Shown piece by piece: positions 39,021-50,501 of a DNA stretch of 64,000 nucleotides; within the stretch, counting starts at the first letter, position 1, and every line of letters begins with the position of its first letter. The notes under the pieces are model-generated. The model saw nothing but the letters and a program-made list of their open reading frames with translations. It searched no databases and was not told where the DNA came from. Source of the stretch: Podarcis filfolensis (taxonomy: Eukaryota); the NCBI GenBank assembly GCA_964270895.1, contig OZ185435.1. One strand, 5' to 3'. The position numbers and the translations under genes are program-made.

Positions 39021-40321
39021 CATCTGAGATCAGAGGGCAGACTTCCAGGTCAAATGATTTGGGTCCCAGTAAGCTTGACCCCTGCTTTCCCCTCTTTGGA
39101 AACTAATCACTGACAAGTTGGGATTATTAAAACAATATCAGCAGAACCCTGGCAAATTGGGAGCACAGAGCAATCACTCTGTCAGTTCCAGTTGCCTCAG
39201 AACGTATTTGTAGCACCACCTTTTTTTTAGTCATTAAAATGTCATGGTTCTCTGGATTAAACATACAAGCCAGACCATTAACACTTTCATGGTTTTTCAG
39301 CTTGCATTAACTTTGTCCTTGTCTCCTTTGCATGACTGCTTTTCATGGTTTTCCTCTACCGTCAGTTCTGAGTTACATATCTGCAAAGGGCACAGCTGCT
39401 GGATAGTGCCTAAGAGAAGAATAAGAAGCTCAAACATGCAGCATGCTTCTCAGTCCAGGACACCCTTGGCCTTTCCCATACAAGTGGTAGCTAAGGGTGG
39501 ACCTGTGTTGTGTTGTATTCAGGCACAGAGAGTTATTGGTACACTGTCCTGGTAAGCACTGCCCAGCTTCCAGAGTTTCCCTCCACTTCCTTTAGAACAG
39601 GACAGGTAGAAACCCTGCTGCAAGCCTGTGTAAAGAACTGACCCTGGGAGCTGTATATAATTCTCTGTAATTAAATCAGTAAATTGTCAATAATGCCTTG
39701 CTTGCAATCCTTGCAATGCTAAACCCTTTTCTAGGTGGCTGTGCATAGTTGACTTGCAACTTGTCACATTTAACTTATGCGATCACAGCTCTATGCACTT
39801 GGTAGCTGGTCAACTTAAAAGCTCTCCGTCTTGCATTGGTGTGGGGGCAAAGCCTACTCAGTGTGCCAGCTTTAGAAAAGTATGGATGGACGTGTGGGGG
39901 CAGTTCCAGGTTTGTTCTAACTATACAGGATTTCAGCTGTATGCACAATCCCCAGAATGTAATTCCCATGCAAGTTGCAAGTTGAATGTAGTAAAGTGTC
40001 TAAAATGGGGGCCCCCAGTTGCACTGATGACTTCCTCCTAGCCAGATTGGATGCATAGACCAGTAGCTGGCATAGGAACTTCTCCATGGTCCCAAAGACC
40101 TTTTGAGCAGTAATGTTTCCTGCTTATGTCTTTGCCCAGTCCCAGCCCTGAGCCCATCCTCAAAGCTTGCCTACTTGATTCTTTTTAAGGCCACCTAACT
40201 AGACCATGTAAGGCTCTTGCAGGCTGCCTGATAACTCATTGCATATTATTCTTATTCAAGTACACATGACCATGTGACAATAAATATCATCAGCAGATTA
40301 TTTGATATCCAGTTAAAAGTG

Positions 40322-40566
40322 AAACAAAATAAAAAAAATTCCTTCCAGTAGCACCTTTAGAGACCAACTAAGTTTGTTATTGGTATGAGCTTTTTGTGTG
40401 CATGCACACTTCTTCAGATACGAAGAAGTATCTGAAGAAGTGTGCATGCACATGAAAACTCATACCAATAACAAATTTAGTTGGTCTCTAAAGGTGCTAC
40501 TGGAAGGAATTTTTGTTTGTTTGTTTGTTTCGACTATGGCAGACCAACACAGCCACCTACCTGTAA
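40322..40566. mobile_element. Penelope-like fold-back insert with two head-to-head degenerate hammerhead motifs
   Basis: Inverted arms about 40337-40421 and 40428-40511 around a 6-nt spacer. 13-bp TSD ccagttaaaagtg (40309-40321, 40567-40579). Confidence 0.85.
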
Positions 40567-42289
40567 CCAGTTAAAAGTGGGTCAGTTAACCAGGCAAGTC
40601 TTCAATTTGTTGATTAGAAAGTCTGCAAATGATTCTAGATTGCTGGCATTTGAATCCTTGGAATGAGTAAATTATGAAGCCTGTATAGTTTGCCAAACTT
40701 ACACAGGGTCTATCTTTGCTTGAATCTCCCTGCTTAACCTTGGCACCAACTGTTCTTCATTATCTACTTTGCTGGGTGCTGCTTACGAAGGGCAATGCAT
40801 CTGCTGTTGGTTATGTGGTGGTAAACAGAGGGCTTCAGCTTCCATTTTATTATCTGCTGAGTACCTTTATTGCAGCATTTCCTAAAAGCTCTTTAATGAC
40901 AGCACACATCTGCCCATTATGTATCCAATAAACTTAGGAGCTATAAAATTACAGGGTAATAAGAAGTGCTACAAAATTATTTACTATGTGAAGTGAGTTG
41001 CACAGCTCTTGTTTTGTCTCTCTTCTATTACTAAAAGGAAGGGCTGTTTTCAAGGCTGTCTGCGCTATCTACAAATTAAGGACTTAGTTGAGATGGGGCC
41101 CAGTATGTTTTGGACATTTCTTCAAGGTGTCCAAGTCAAGGATACTGACCATGTGGGTTAAGTCCATTCTCCCTTGGGTGGGTGGTTTTGTGGACGGGCC
41201 CCTGGGTCTTGTGAACTGGTCTATTGCAGGCCAGATTGTCCTCCTCCTGCTGAATTGGCCAATGGTGGCAGAAATTTGGGGGGGGGGGTGTTCCCCTGGG
41301 CACAGTGCCAACTGATCAGTAGTGGCGCTTGGCACCACACCCAGGGCAAGGATAAATGCTTGGCCTGAAGGGCCATTCGGCTTCTCTCTCACAGTGCCGG
41401 TTCTCAAACCAACCCTCCCTCAGATTAGGGTTTGGGGTTTTCTTGCAGATGGTACGACCTTGCTATGGACTATGTCAGTCACCAGATTTAGGGGCCAGGC
41501 AGGAATTTTTCCCATCTGGCAAATTGGGTCCACCATTTGGTTTCTTGCCTACCTCATAACAATCACCACAACTTTGTAAGCTGGATAGGCACTAGGTAAG
41601 CCTAATCTTGGTTGGAGGGGAGGTTGTAGCCTCCACCTGCTCCCCCCCCCATGGGTAAGAGTATCGTGTTAAAAGGATCCAGGGGGAGTGGCTTCTGTCC
41701 AGTGCCCAGATGGGGGCTAGGGCCATACCACTCCTCCATCAGGGACCGCTTGGGGGACACCCCGATTTGACACTGGCTTCACCCTTAGAAACACTCCCAG
41801 GAGACTGGTGGGAGTGACATGCGCTGTTGCCTCAGTGCCTATGGCCAAACCTTCACATCTGTAGCAAATGAAATTGTGGCCTTATTTGATCCCAAAACCA
41901 ATATGCTGCAGGTTGTCTAGTTATTTACACCTTAGGGAATGGGGTGGTCACGGGGCCTTGCAGCGCAAGGCTAGATATGACATGGAAATATAATTGCTCA
42001 AAAGATTCTTAAACTCTAAAAAGAGCAAGATATACCAGGAGACGGAGCTCTCTTGAATGTTTCGGTGGGCACCATATAGTAAATTGAAACCACAAAGAAA
42101 ATGTATTATCAGCTAAAGTAGGATTGAATGAGATGTGGAACTGAGTAATCAGAGCCATTCAATTCAAGGTGCTCACATTAGTTTTTAAAGCCCTGAATGA
42201 CTCAGGCCCCAATACCTGAAAGACCACCTCCTTTCCTACAGACCCAATCAGGTGTTAAGATTAGCAGAGGGGGCCCCTCTTGGTTGCTT

Positions 42290-42638
42290 GTTGCTGTTGT
42301 TTAGTCATTTAGTCGTGTCTGACTCTTCATAACCCCATGGACCAGAGCATGCCAGGTACTTCTGTCTTCCACTGCCTCCCACAGTTTGGTCAAACTCATG
42401 CTGGTAGCTTCGAGAACACTATCCAACCATCTCGTCCTCTGTTGTCCCCTTCCCCTTGTGCCCTCCATCTTTCCCAACATCAGGGTCTTTTCGAGGGAGT
42501 CTTCTCTTCTCATGAGGTGGCCAAAGTATTGGAGCCTCAGCTTCACGATCTGCCCTTCCAGTGAGCACTCAGGGCTGATTTCCTTAAGAATGGATAGGTT
42601 TGATCTTCTTGCAGTCCACGGGACTCTCAAGAGTCTCC
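42290..42638 (-). mobile_element. BovB (RTE clade) LINE 3' end inserted in an L2-like remnant
   Basis: Peptide RVPWTARRSN.SILKEISPECSLEGQIVKLRLQYFGHLMRREDSLEKTLMLGK...RLND* is the BovB C-terminus. 11-bp TSD cttggttgctt (42279-42289, 42639-42649). Confidence 0.92.
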
Positions 42639-44779
42639 CTTGGTTGCTTAACTGCCCTCATAAACTCAGGCTGGAGGTGGGTTGAGAGAGATAATTCTCT
42701 GTGTCAGCCCTAAATTGTGGAGCACCCCACAGAGGTGTACCTGGGTTCTTCATTATACAGCTTACAGCAAATGCTGAAGACACACCTCTTTACCAAGGCT
42801 TTTGACACCTAAGATGTATATTTTTGGGATCCCAGCTGCTTTTGCAATGTAACCCTGCACATGTCTTCAATAGAAGTAACTCTCTTTGACTTGAATGTGG
42901 CTAACCCTCAGATGAATCCTAATGTTACCCATTCCTGTGGCAGAGTGTGTTTTCACCTAATTGCATAGTAGAGTTGATTACAGCATTTGGGGAAGATAAT
43001 TTCATGGTCTTTAGGTGATTGGACCTTCTGACAAGGCAGTTCATCGATCCGACAATTCCCAACTGTGTTTTCTCCCTTGACAGCTAGAAAAATCTGAGAG
43101 CATTTGAAATGAAATTTGCAAGCATCCTTTCCCGATTCTTCTCTGTGGAATGGGAGTCGGAGATGTGGCTACAAATTTTATTCAGTGTTTCCCATTTCTT
43201 AAGACAACTTTTCACTGTTCTTTGCTATTTAGTAGTTAACCTATATGCAATCAATCTCTTTAGCTGGGCAGATGACATAGTTTGGTGGATATATCAGGAC
43301 AAATTTGTTCACAGATACATGTATTAATCTTCCCCGTGAGAAAGAAAGCAATACCTTCCATGTTTCCTTGCACTATTATTCCAGCATAATATCTGTTTCT
43401 GGACTTAGAATCATAGAACTGTAGAGTTAGAAGGAACCCCAAGGGTCATCTAATCTAACTTCATAGTGCTCATCTGATAATGTTCAGTCATAGCAAAAAT
43501 ACTTTCTACCTATATATGTGTTCAGAGATGTTTCTCTGTGTGGACATTCCTGCCACTAAGGTTTGCATCCCAGGGTGGAACAAGATAATTCCAAACAATA
43601 TCAGGACCTGAGTAGGAGGGAGTTATTGCTTGTGGGCTTCACAGAGGTCACTTCTAATTTTCTTATGATCCTAGCCCCGTGATCCCCCCACCCCCAGTAA
43701 GGGATGCAAGTGAGAAGGCAAGTGGCCTTGGATGTAAATAGCAGGACCCCAACATGAAATAGTCCCCCCCCACAAAAAGGTGTCCAAGCTGCCATCCTGT
43801 ATACAAGTAACTGAACATATGCACTGCTCCATTCAGGAAGATTTTACTCATTGCTCACCATTGCACTTGAAGAAATATGATGTAAGATTGAAGAATTTAT
43901 GAGATATTTATAAAGATGGCTAATGATCTGCTAATCCTATCTGTGACTTGGGGTTTTCATCCTGGGGAAAAGATATGATGTGTTGAAATTCTTCAGATAT
44001 GTATAAGGACCTCATGTCAAAGATGGCAAACTGCTCGCCATTTCCACCATGAATAGAACAAGAAGCTATTATTGTACATTTCATGAAAGCTACATTTCAG
44101 TTCAGTGTTAAGAACATCCAGGCTATTCAGTAAGAGAACAAGCTAGAGAGTCTGTGGAATCGTCCCTGGAGGATTCCACACCAAAGCTTAACAGGCACGT
44201 GGCAGGAATAATGTAGATGTGCATGCCCTGCTTTGGGATATAGGATTAGTGAGGTTACCCTTATGGGAGAGAAAATGGAACAGAGTGAATTAAAAGGTTG
44301 GGAAGAGTAAAAGATCCTCGATCAGTTGCCACAGTGGCATAAAGAAAGGCACCGGATGAACTTTTCTGGCAAGACAAGCTCTCAAAAATCAGGGCACCAG
44401 GACCAAAAATATCCCTCTATCAGTTGTATTTGTTTATTGCTTATTGTTTTCCACATGTGTATTAAGGTGATATGCAAAATACAATCGAAACAGCTAAGGG
44501 CAACACAGGAAACAGTAGCAAATGCATTTTAAAACAATACAAAGAAGAAACCCAGGGCAGAGACCAATTCATCTAGCTGGGAAACAAAAATGTCATCTGT
44601 TGTTTCTGGAAAGTGCGCCTAGTGGGCACCTCCCATATCTTGGCAGTAGTCACCAGGTGCACTTTGGATGACAAGGGAACTTGGAGATGGGCAGATCTTT
44701 GCTGGTATCCTAAGTAACACAAGTGCTCCTGTAGGTACCATTGCTTTCTAAAGATGTAGTGTGGAAACCATTTATACCA

Positions 44780-46020
44780 AAATAAGACAACTTGGGTGAA
44801 GGAATTATGGGGATGTTCATCAAATTTGCAGATGACACCAAACTGGGAGGGGTAGTTAATGCTGCAGAAGACAGAATTAGGATTCAGTATGCCCTTAGCA
44901 GATTGGAGAATGGGGCCGAAGCTAACAAAATGAATTTCAATAGGGACAAATGTAAGGCTCTGGCACCTAGGCAGGAAGAACCAGCTGCACAAATATAATA
45001 TGGGAGACACCTGGATTGCCAATAGTACCTGTGAAAAGGATCTAGGGGTCTTAGTGGACCCTCAAGCTTAACATGAATCAACAGTGTGATGCAGCAGCCA
45101 ACCCCCCAACCCCCAATGCTATTCTAGGCTGCATCAACAGAAGTATAGTGTCCAGATCAAGGGAAGTAATAGTACCACTCTATTCTGCCTGGGTCAGACC
45201 ACACCTGGAATACTGGGTCCAGTTCTGGGCATCACAATTTAAGAAGGATGCTGACAAGCTGGAATGTGTGCAGAGGAGGGCAATCAAGATGATCAAGAGT
45301 GTGGAAACTAAGCCTTACAAGGAGCGCTTGAAGGAGCTGGGTATGTTTAGGCTGGAAAAGAGGAGACTGAGAAGAAATATGATAGCCATCTTCAAATATC
45401 TCAAGGGCTGTCACATGGAGGAGAGAGCATGCAGAGGGCCTTTTCAGTAGTGGCACCCGACCCGTGGAACGCCCTTCCATCAGATGTCAAGGAAATAAAC
45501 AACTATCTGACTTTTAGAAGACAACTGAAGGCAGCCCTGTTTAGGGAAGTTTTTAATGTCTAATGTTTTATCGCTTTTTTATTAACTTTATTAATATCTG
45601 TTGGTAGCCGCCCAGAGTGGCTAGGGAAACTCAGCTGGATGGGCAGGGTATAAATAATACATTATTTTTAATTTTATTAACTTGTTCTGGAGGGTAGGAC
45701 TCAAACCCAATGGCTTCATAAATTTAAAAAATAAATAAATAAATTGTATTGTAGCATCTTAGAGACCAATTAAGTTTGTTCTGGGTATAAGCTTTCATGT
45801 GCATGCACACGAAAGCTTATACATACCCCGAACAAACTTACTTGGTCTCTAAGGTGCTACTGGACAATTTTTTTATTTTTTATTTTTGACTGTGTCAGAC
45901 CAACATGGTTACCTACCTGAATCTAGAACCAATGGCTTCAATTTGCAAGAAAGGAGATTCCGACTAAACATTCAGGATTTTTTTTTTGACAGTAAGAGCT
46001 GTTCAACAGTGGAACAGACT
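44780..46020 (+). mobile_element. Degraded CR1 LINE interrupted by an L2 3' end (about 45430-45668) and a Penelope-like fold-back (45719-45928)
   Basis: KFADDTKLGG and VRPHLEYWVQFWA motifs. CR1 resumes after the inserts (aatggcttca...gcaagaaaggagattccgactaaacatt). Confidence 0.8.
45719..45928. mobile_element. Penelope-like palindromic insert centred on the hammerhead stem-II hairpin (no CUGA core)
   Basis: Arms about 45751-45796 and 45811-45860 flank atgtgcatgcacac. 12-bp TSD ccaatggcttca (45707-45718, 45929-45940). Confidence 0.8.
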
Positions 46021-46202
46021 CCCACGAGAGACGGTGGACCTTCCTGGTGGCAGTGGCAGCGAAGTGTTCCTGCCTTCCCCCATCCCTCTGGCAATGATGG
46101 CTTCCCTCCTCCTCCCTTACCTTGAAGCATCTGAGTATAGCAGTGACAAAGAAGCTGGTCTAGTAAACAAGTGCTACTGCTGGTGGCTGCTATTTTAATT
46201 AG

Positions 46203-46404
46203 AATTCAGGGACATATCATAAAATTGAACGTTGGAAGATTCAGGGCAGGCAAAATATGGTACTTCTTCACAGAGTGCATAGCTAAATCATGGAATTTGC
46301 TCGCGCATCTGTCATGGATGCTTTAGCTGAGATTCCTGCATTGTAGGGGGTTGGAATCAATGACCCTTTAGTCCCTTCCAACTCTCCAATTCTATGATTC
46401 TGTG
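46203..46404 (+). mobile_element. CR1-type 3' end remnant
   Basis: Ends ...gattcctgcattgtagggggttggaatcaatgaccc...ccttccaactctccaattctatgattctgtga. Confidence 0.65.
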
Positions 46405-47098
46405 AAGACATTCAGTTGGACCTTTGCAGTTCCTTTGTCTTTTATGCAAGTGGCATCTGTATAAGACATGTATATATTTTTAAGAAGCAGGAGTGACCTC
46501 CAGCTTTGGAGGAGGAAAAATCATATCCTAGCAAATGACCCTGAGTGCTTGACGGTTCCTTTGAATTTCCTAATGTACTGTAAATAAACCAAGTAATTAA
46601 TCCACATTTAGGGAGGATGAACGAACAATAAAAAATTCATTAAAAAGCCCAACCATCCATCTTTATTATTTCAGTGATGCAACAATTGAAAAATGATCTG
46701 TGGTTCTATATCCTTGATTTCATATAGCACAAGTATGTGGGGGGGGCAGGGAGGGAACTTTTACACTGGGTGTATAATGTGATCATCAGAGCCTTTAATA
46801 GATTGTCATGCATTGTTGCACCTAAAGTAAACTTCATTGTGGGCCAGCACAGGAAGCTTTCGCCTTGCCAGAAAATCCATGGCTGTATTCAGTCAATATC
46901 TGTGCTCTCCTTAACAAGAAAGGTGGCTTGATGATGATCAGGGTAACTTTGAACATTTTGAACATATATTGTCAGCAAACATTGCAATTTACCAGCCACC
47001 CCCCCAACGAGAGAGAGAGAGAGAGAGAGAGAGTGTCATGGTAGGAAGATTGTTACCCATTGACTTGTGTGTTGGCTCAGTCTCCTGTCCAGGGCTAT

Positions 47099-47238
47099 TA
47101 GAATCACATAATCATAAATTTGCAGGGTTGGAGGGGACCACGAGGGTCATCTATGCAATGCAGGAATCTTTTGGCCAACGTGAGGCTCAAACCCATGACC
47201 CTGAGATTAAGAGTCTCATGCTCTACTGACTGAGCTAT
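47099..47238 (-). mobile_element. Short SINE with a tRNA-Lys(CTT)-derived head and a CR1-derived 3' tail
   Basis: Reverse complement tagctcagtcagtagagcatgagactcttaatctcagggtcatgggtttgagcctcacgttgg is tRNA-Lys-CTT with CpG decay. It joins directly to the CR1 terminal motif gattcctgcattgca...ccctccaac...gattct. Confidence 0.8.
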
Positions 47239-47276
47239 GTGTTTGAGCAATTTCAAAACAACTACTCTTCCTTCTT

Positions 47277-47578
47277 GAGAGCCAGTGTGGTGTAGTGGTT
47301 AAGAGCGGTAGACTCGTAATCTGGGGAACCGGGTTCGCGTCCCCGCTCCTCCACATGCAGCTGCTGGGTGACCTTGGGCTAGTCACACTTCTCTGAAGTC
47401 TCTCAGCCCCACTCACCTCACAGAGTGTTTGTTGTGGGGGAGGAAGGGAAAGGAGAATGTTAGCCGCTTTGAGACTCCTTCGGGTAGTGATAAAGCGGGA
47501 TATCAAATCCAAGCTCCTCCTCCTCTTCTTCTTCTTCTTCTTCTTCTTCTTCTTCTTCTTCTTCTTCTTCTTCTTCTT
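47277..47578 (+). mobile_element. Young tRNA-derived SINE (Squam3-like) with (CTT)n tail
   Basis: A box tggtgtagtgg and B box ggttcgcgtcc. CpGs retained. Long (CTT)n tail at about 47524-47578. The family name is from recall. Confidence 0.8.
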
Positions 47579-50274
47579 TATCTTTGAAATGGCCTTGGAC
47601 TGGACAACCCTTTAAATAGACCCCTCTGTTTAAAGTAAAGTAGGGCACAAACACACCCTGCTTGCTTACTGGAATGGAGTAATTTCTCAAGGAAATTAAA
47701 ATGTGCACCTACATTTCTCTGACAGCACTGAAATGTATCCCTGTTTCCTTTTCTGTGTGGGAGTTCTCAGATCTGTCCATGTGAATTAAGAGAGGGGGGA
47801 GAAATGAATCCCCTCATCCACCCATGAATCCTCTTCCCCTTTGCTGTGTGCTCCCAGCTCTGCTTAGTCCTGACACAGGCAATGATGTCTGAAGCATGCT
47901 TTGGTGCGGAAATATCACCATCATTAATCTAATTTCAGAGGGGAAGGGATAAGTATAATTATGTTTGTTTTAATTATTACCGCACTAATCCCTGCTCCAA
48001 ATTAATATATAGGAAATATTCTCATCAGTAGCTTTTTATATAAGAAGAGTTGTATAGGAAAACTCTGAAAAGTGCTCTCCCTTTTTTTGCTGAAAAGATT
48101 GGGAGTATGATCCCATATGTGCTTGCATGTATGGGAGGGAAGATTTAAACTTTCAGGCTCAAATGTTTTGTGAAAACACTTGCATAATAAATAGTCCATG
48201 TAGTTCAGCCAAGCCAGCCTTGCATAGGTTTGGGCTATATGGACATAAATCAACAAGCCATTTCACACATTGCATTGCATTGTATGTATTTTTTTTTTAC
48301 ATATGGTACTTACTGTATTTATATGCCACCCAATAGCAAAAGGTTCTCTGGGTGATTTATACATATATAAAAGATATAAAATATAATAAAAATTAAGAAT
48401 GAAATCTAAAACAGAATAAAACCCTCAACAGAATAAATTCAGATTTCAACCTAAAAAGTGGGGGTGGGGAGGCAACAGTTCCAAAGATCTTAAAAGCACT
48501 AAAAAAAGAAAAGAAAAGAAAAGTTGCAGATTGATGATTGAAAAGCCCTGGGCAGAGGGGAGGTCTTCATCTGGTGCTGAAAATGCTGCAGTGCAGATGC
48601 TAGTTTTCTGGGGAGTGCCTTCTACAACTGAGGTGCACTTACAGTAAGATGTGTCAAGTATACATTTAATATTGTAAAGACAAAATGTGATGAAAGCATA
48701 TCTAAAAGCATGCGCATCATACAGGTCTACTTATCAGAGACTAATAGTTGGCTGCCCATTCTGTAGAGTGTATACTTGGAAGTAAACCTAGCTTTGCCTC
48801 TGTGTAAATGTGTGAACCAGCCTTGAATGTCATATCTCTCTTCTCTCCTATTGAATTCCCTGAGCTCATTTGCTGGAGCCAAGCTCCATTGCCTCTCTAG
48901 GTCACAAAGTGTCAGGAGTCCCATTTCAGAGTTGGCATTGCCCCATCTTGGTTCTTGGTTCTTCTCTCTCTCTTCTTCTGTTTCCTTCAGGTTTTTGGGG
49001 GGTTTTTTTGCCAAGGCAAGCAGTTACTGTTGGCATTGATGAAGTGAAATGCCTTGATGAGAAAATGGCTGGGAAGAAGTGGATTCATTTGTCATAAGAA
49101 ATTATTTCCAAATTTTGAAATTACCATATTGGGCTTGGAGATGCTATCTATGAAATGAGTTCACTCTGTCTCTGTGCTTCCACTCTGATCCACTCGTGTC
49201 CAACTGAGAAGTCGGCACTGGCCCAACACTGTGCCAATTCACTTCTATTCATTTTGGGAGAAGTGGAATGATTTCACATTAATGACTCACCCTTAATTGA
49301 CTCCCTCTCCATATGAAGATATGCAATCACCACTTGGACATTTTGATGGATGGGCTGGAGATGTTGTCCGATATGGAACGTGGATGCAAAAGCACAGCCG
49401 CCGCCACTGTTTGGAAAGGTCACACCTGGTAGAATGCACTGAATTCAGAGAGAGAGAGAGAGAGTGTCTCAAGCTTGAATGCAGACAGGGAAGCCCCTTG
49501 TTTGAGGCAGGATATAGGACTACTGATCCAGTCTCTTTAAGGCCTGTGATTCATGAAGTATGAACTGATTCTTCTAAAGGGGGCACAAGCAGTTCCGAGG
49601 AGCAGCTTGAGCTCCTCCTGGACACCTTCCTGTGTTGTTTTCACTCAGGTTGTGAAAATTACTAGATACTAGACCTTAGCATAGCGTGGAACTGCAGTGT
49701 TTGCTGAGTTGTTTTGAAGCTTGTGCATAAAGAGTGCTCTAGAGATGCATTCTCTCCACCTCCCTTCCAGCCCCCGTCTCCCACTTTGCCTTGGGAATCC
49801 AAGTAGCAGAGTTCAGTAAGAAATCAGCTTCAGTTTCCTGTGTGGTTTAGCCAGGGTTTTGCAAACTGGAATCAAGGGTTGCCTTTCTTGGGGGGTGGCG
49901 GCAGCACTGCGGTGCCTACCCATGGGGCCTGCTGCTTCTTTGACTGCACTTTCTGGGTGAAGAAACAGGGAGAAGCACAAGGAGAAGGACCAGCAGCCAA
50001 CACTTGCCTTGCCCTTACGCTCTTGGCAGCCATGAAGATTGGGCCTAGAGGAAGGGCACAAGCACATGAGCAGTGGCAACAAGGTTGAGGAGGAAGTAGT
50101 TCAACTCAGGGAAGAGGGCCTGCTTGGGCAGCTTGCCCAGGCCCCCCCCCCCAAAAAAAAACACAGTGCTGGCTAATTTCATGCCCCATGAAAATAATTG
50201 TTCTCTAAGTTGCCTTTTTCTTTTAAGTAAGGCAAGATATATTCTTGATCATCATAATCATTAATAAATTTATA

Positions 50275-50501
50275 CAGTGGTACCTCAGGTTCAGAACTTA
50301 ATTTGTTCTGGAGGTCTGTTCTTAACCTGAAACTGTTCTTAACCTGAAGCACCACTTTAGCTAATGGGGCCTCCTGCTGCTGCTGCGCCGCTGCTGCACA
50401 ATTTCTGTTCTCATCCTGAAGCAAATTTCTTAACCTAAGGTACTATTTCTGGGTTTAGTGGAGTCTGTAACCTGAAGCGTATGTAATCCGAGGTACCACT
50501 G
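50275..50501. mobile_element. Tc1/mariner-type MITE (227 bp), complete
   Basis: TIRs cagtggtacctc / gaggtaccactg. TA on both flanks (50273-50274, 50502-50503). Confidence 0.9.

Noticed and set aside
40383-40465. Active hammerheads in the 40.3-40.6 kb insert
   Set aside because: Both copies have core or stem III mutations (GAAA to AAAAA; AGCU to AACU), so they are not listed as ribozyme features.
41085-41880. Cluster of overlapping ORFs suggesting a coding region
   Set aside because: No recognisable domain or splice signals. It looks like degraded GC-richer DNA-transposon remnants that I could not delimit.
47175-47245. Functional tRNA-Lys(CTT) gene
   Set aside because: The acceptor-stem 5' strand is degenerate, D- and T-arm CpGs have decayed, and it is fused to a CR1 tail, so it is a SINE head.
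47460-47708. Poly-Glu protein ORF
   Set aside because: It is the reverse strand of the SINE (CTT)n tail.
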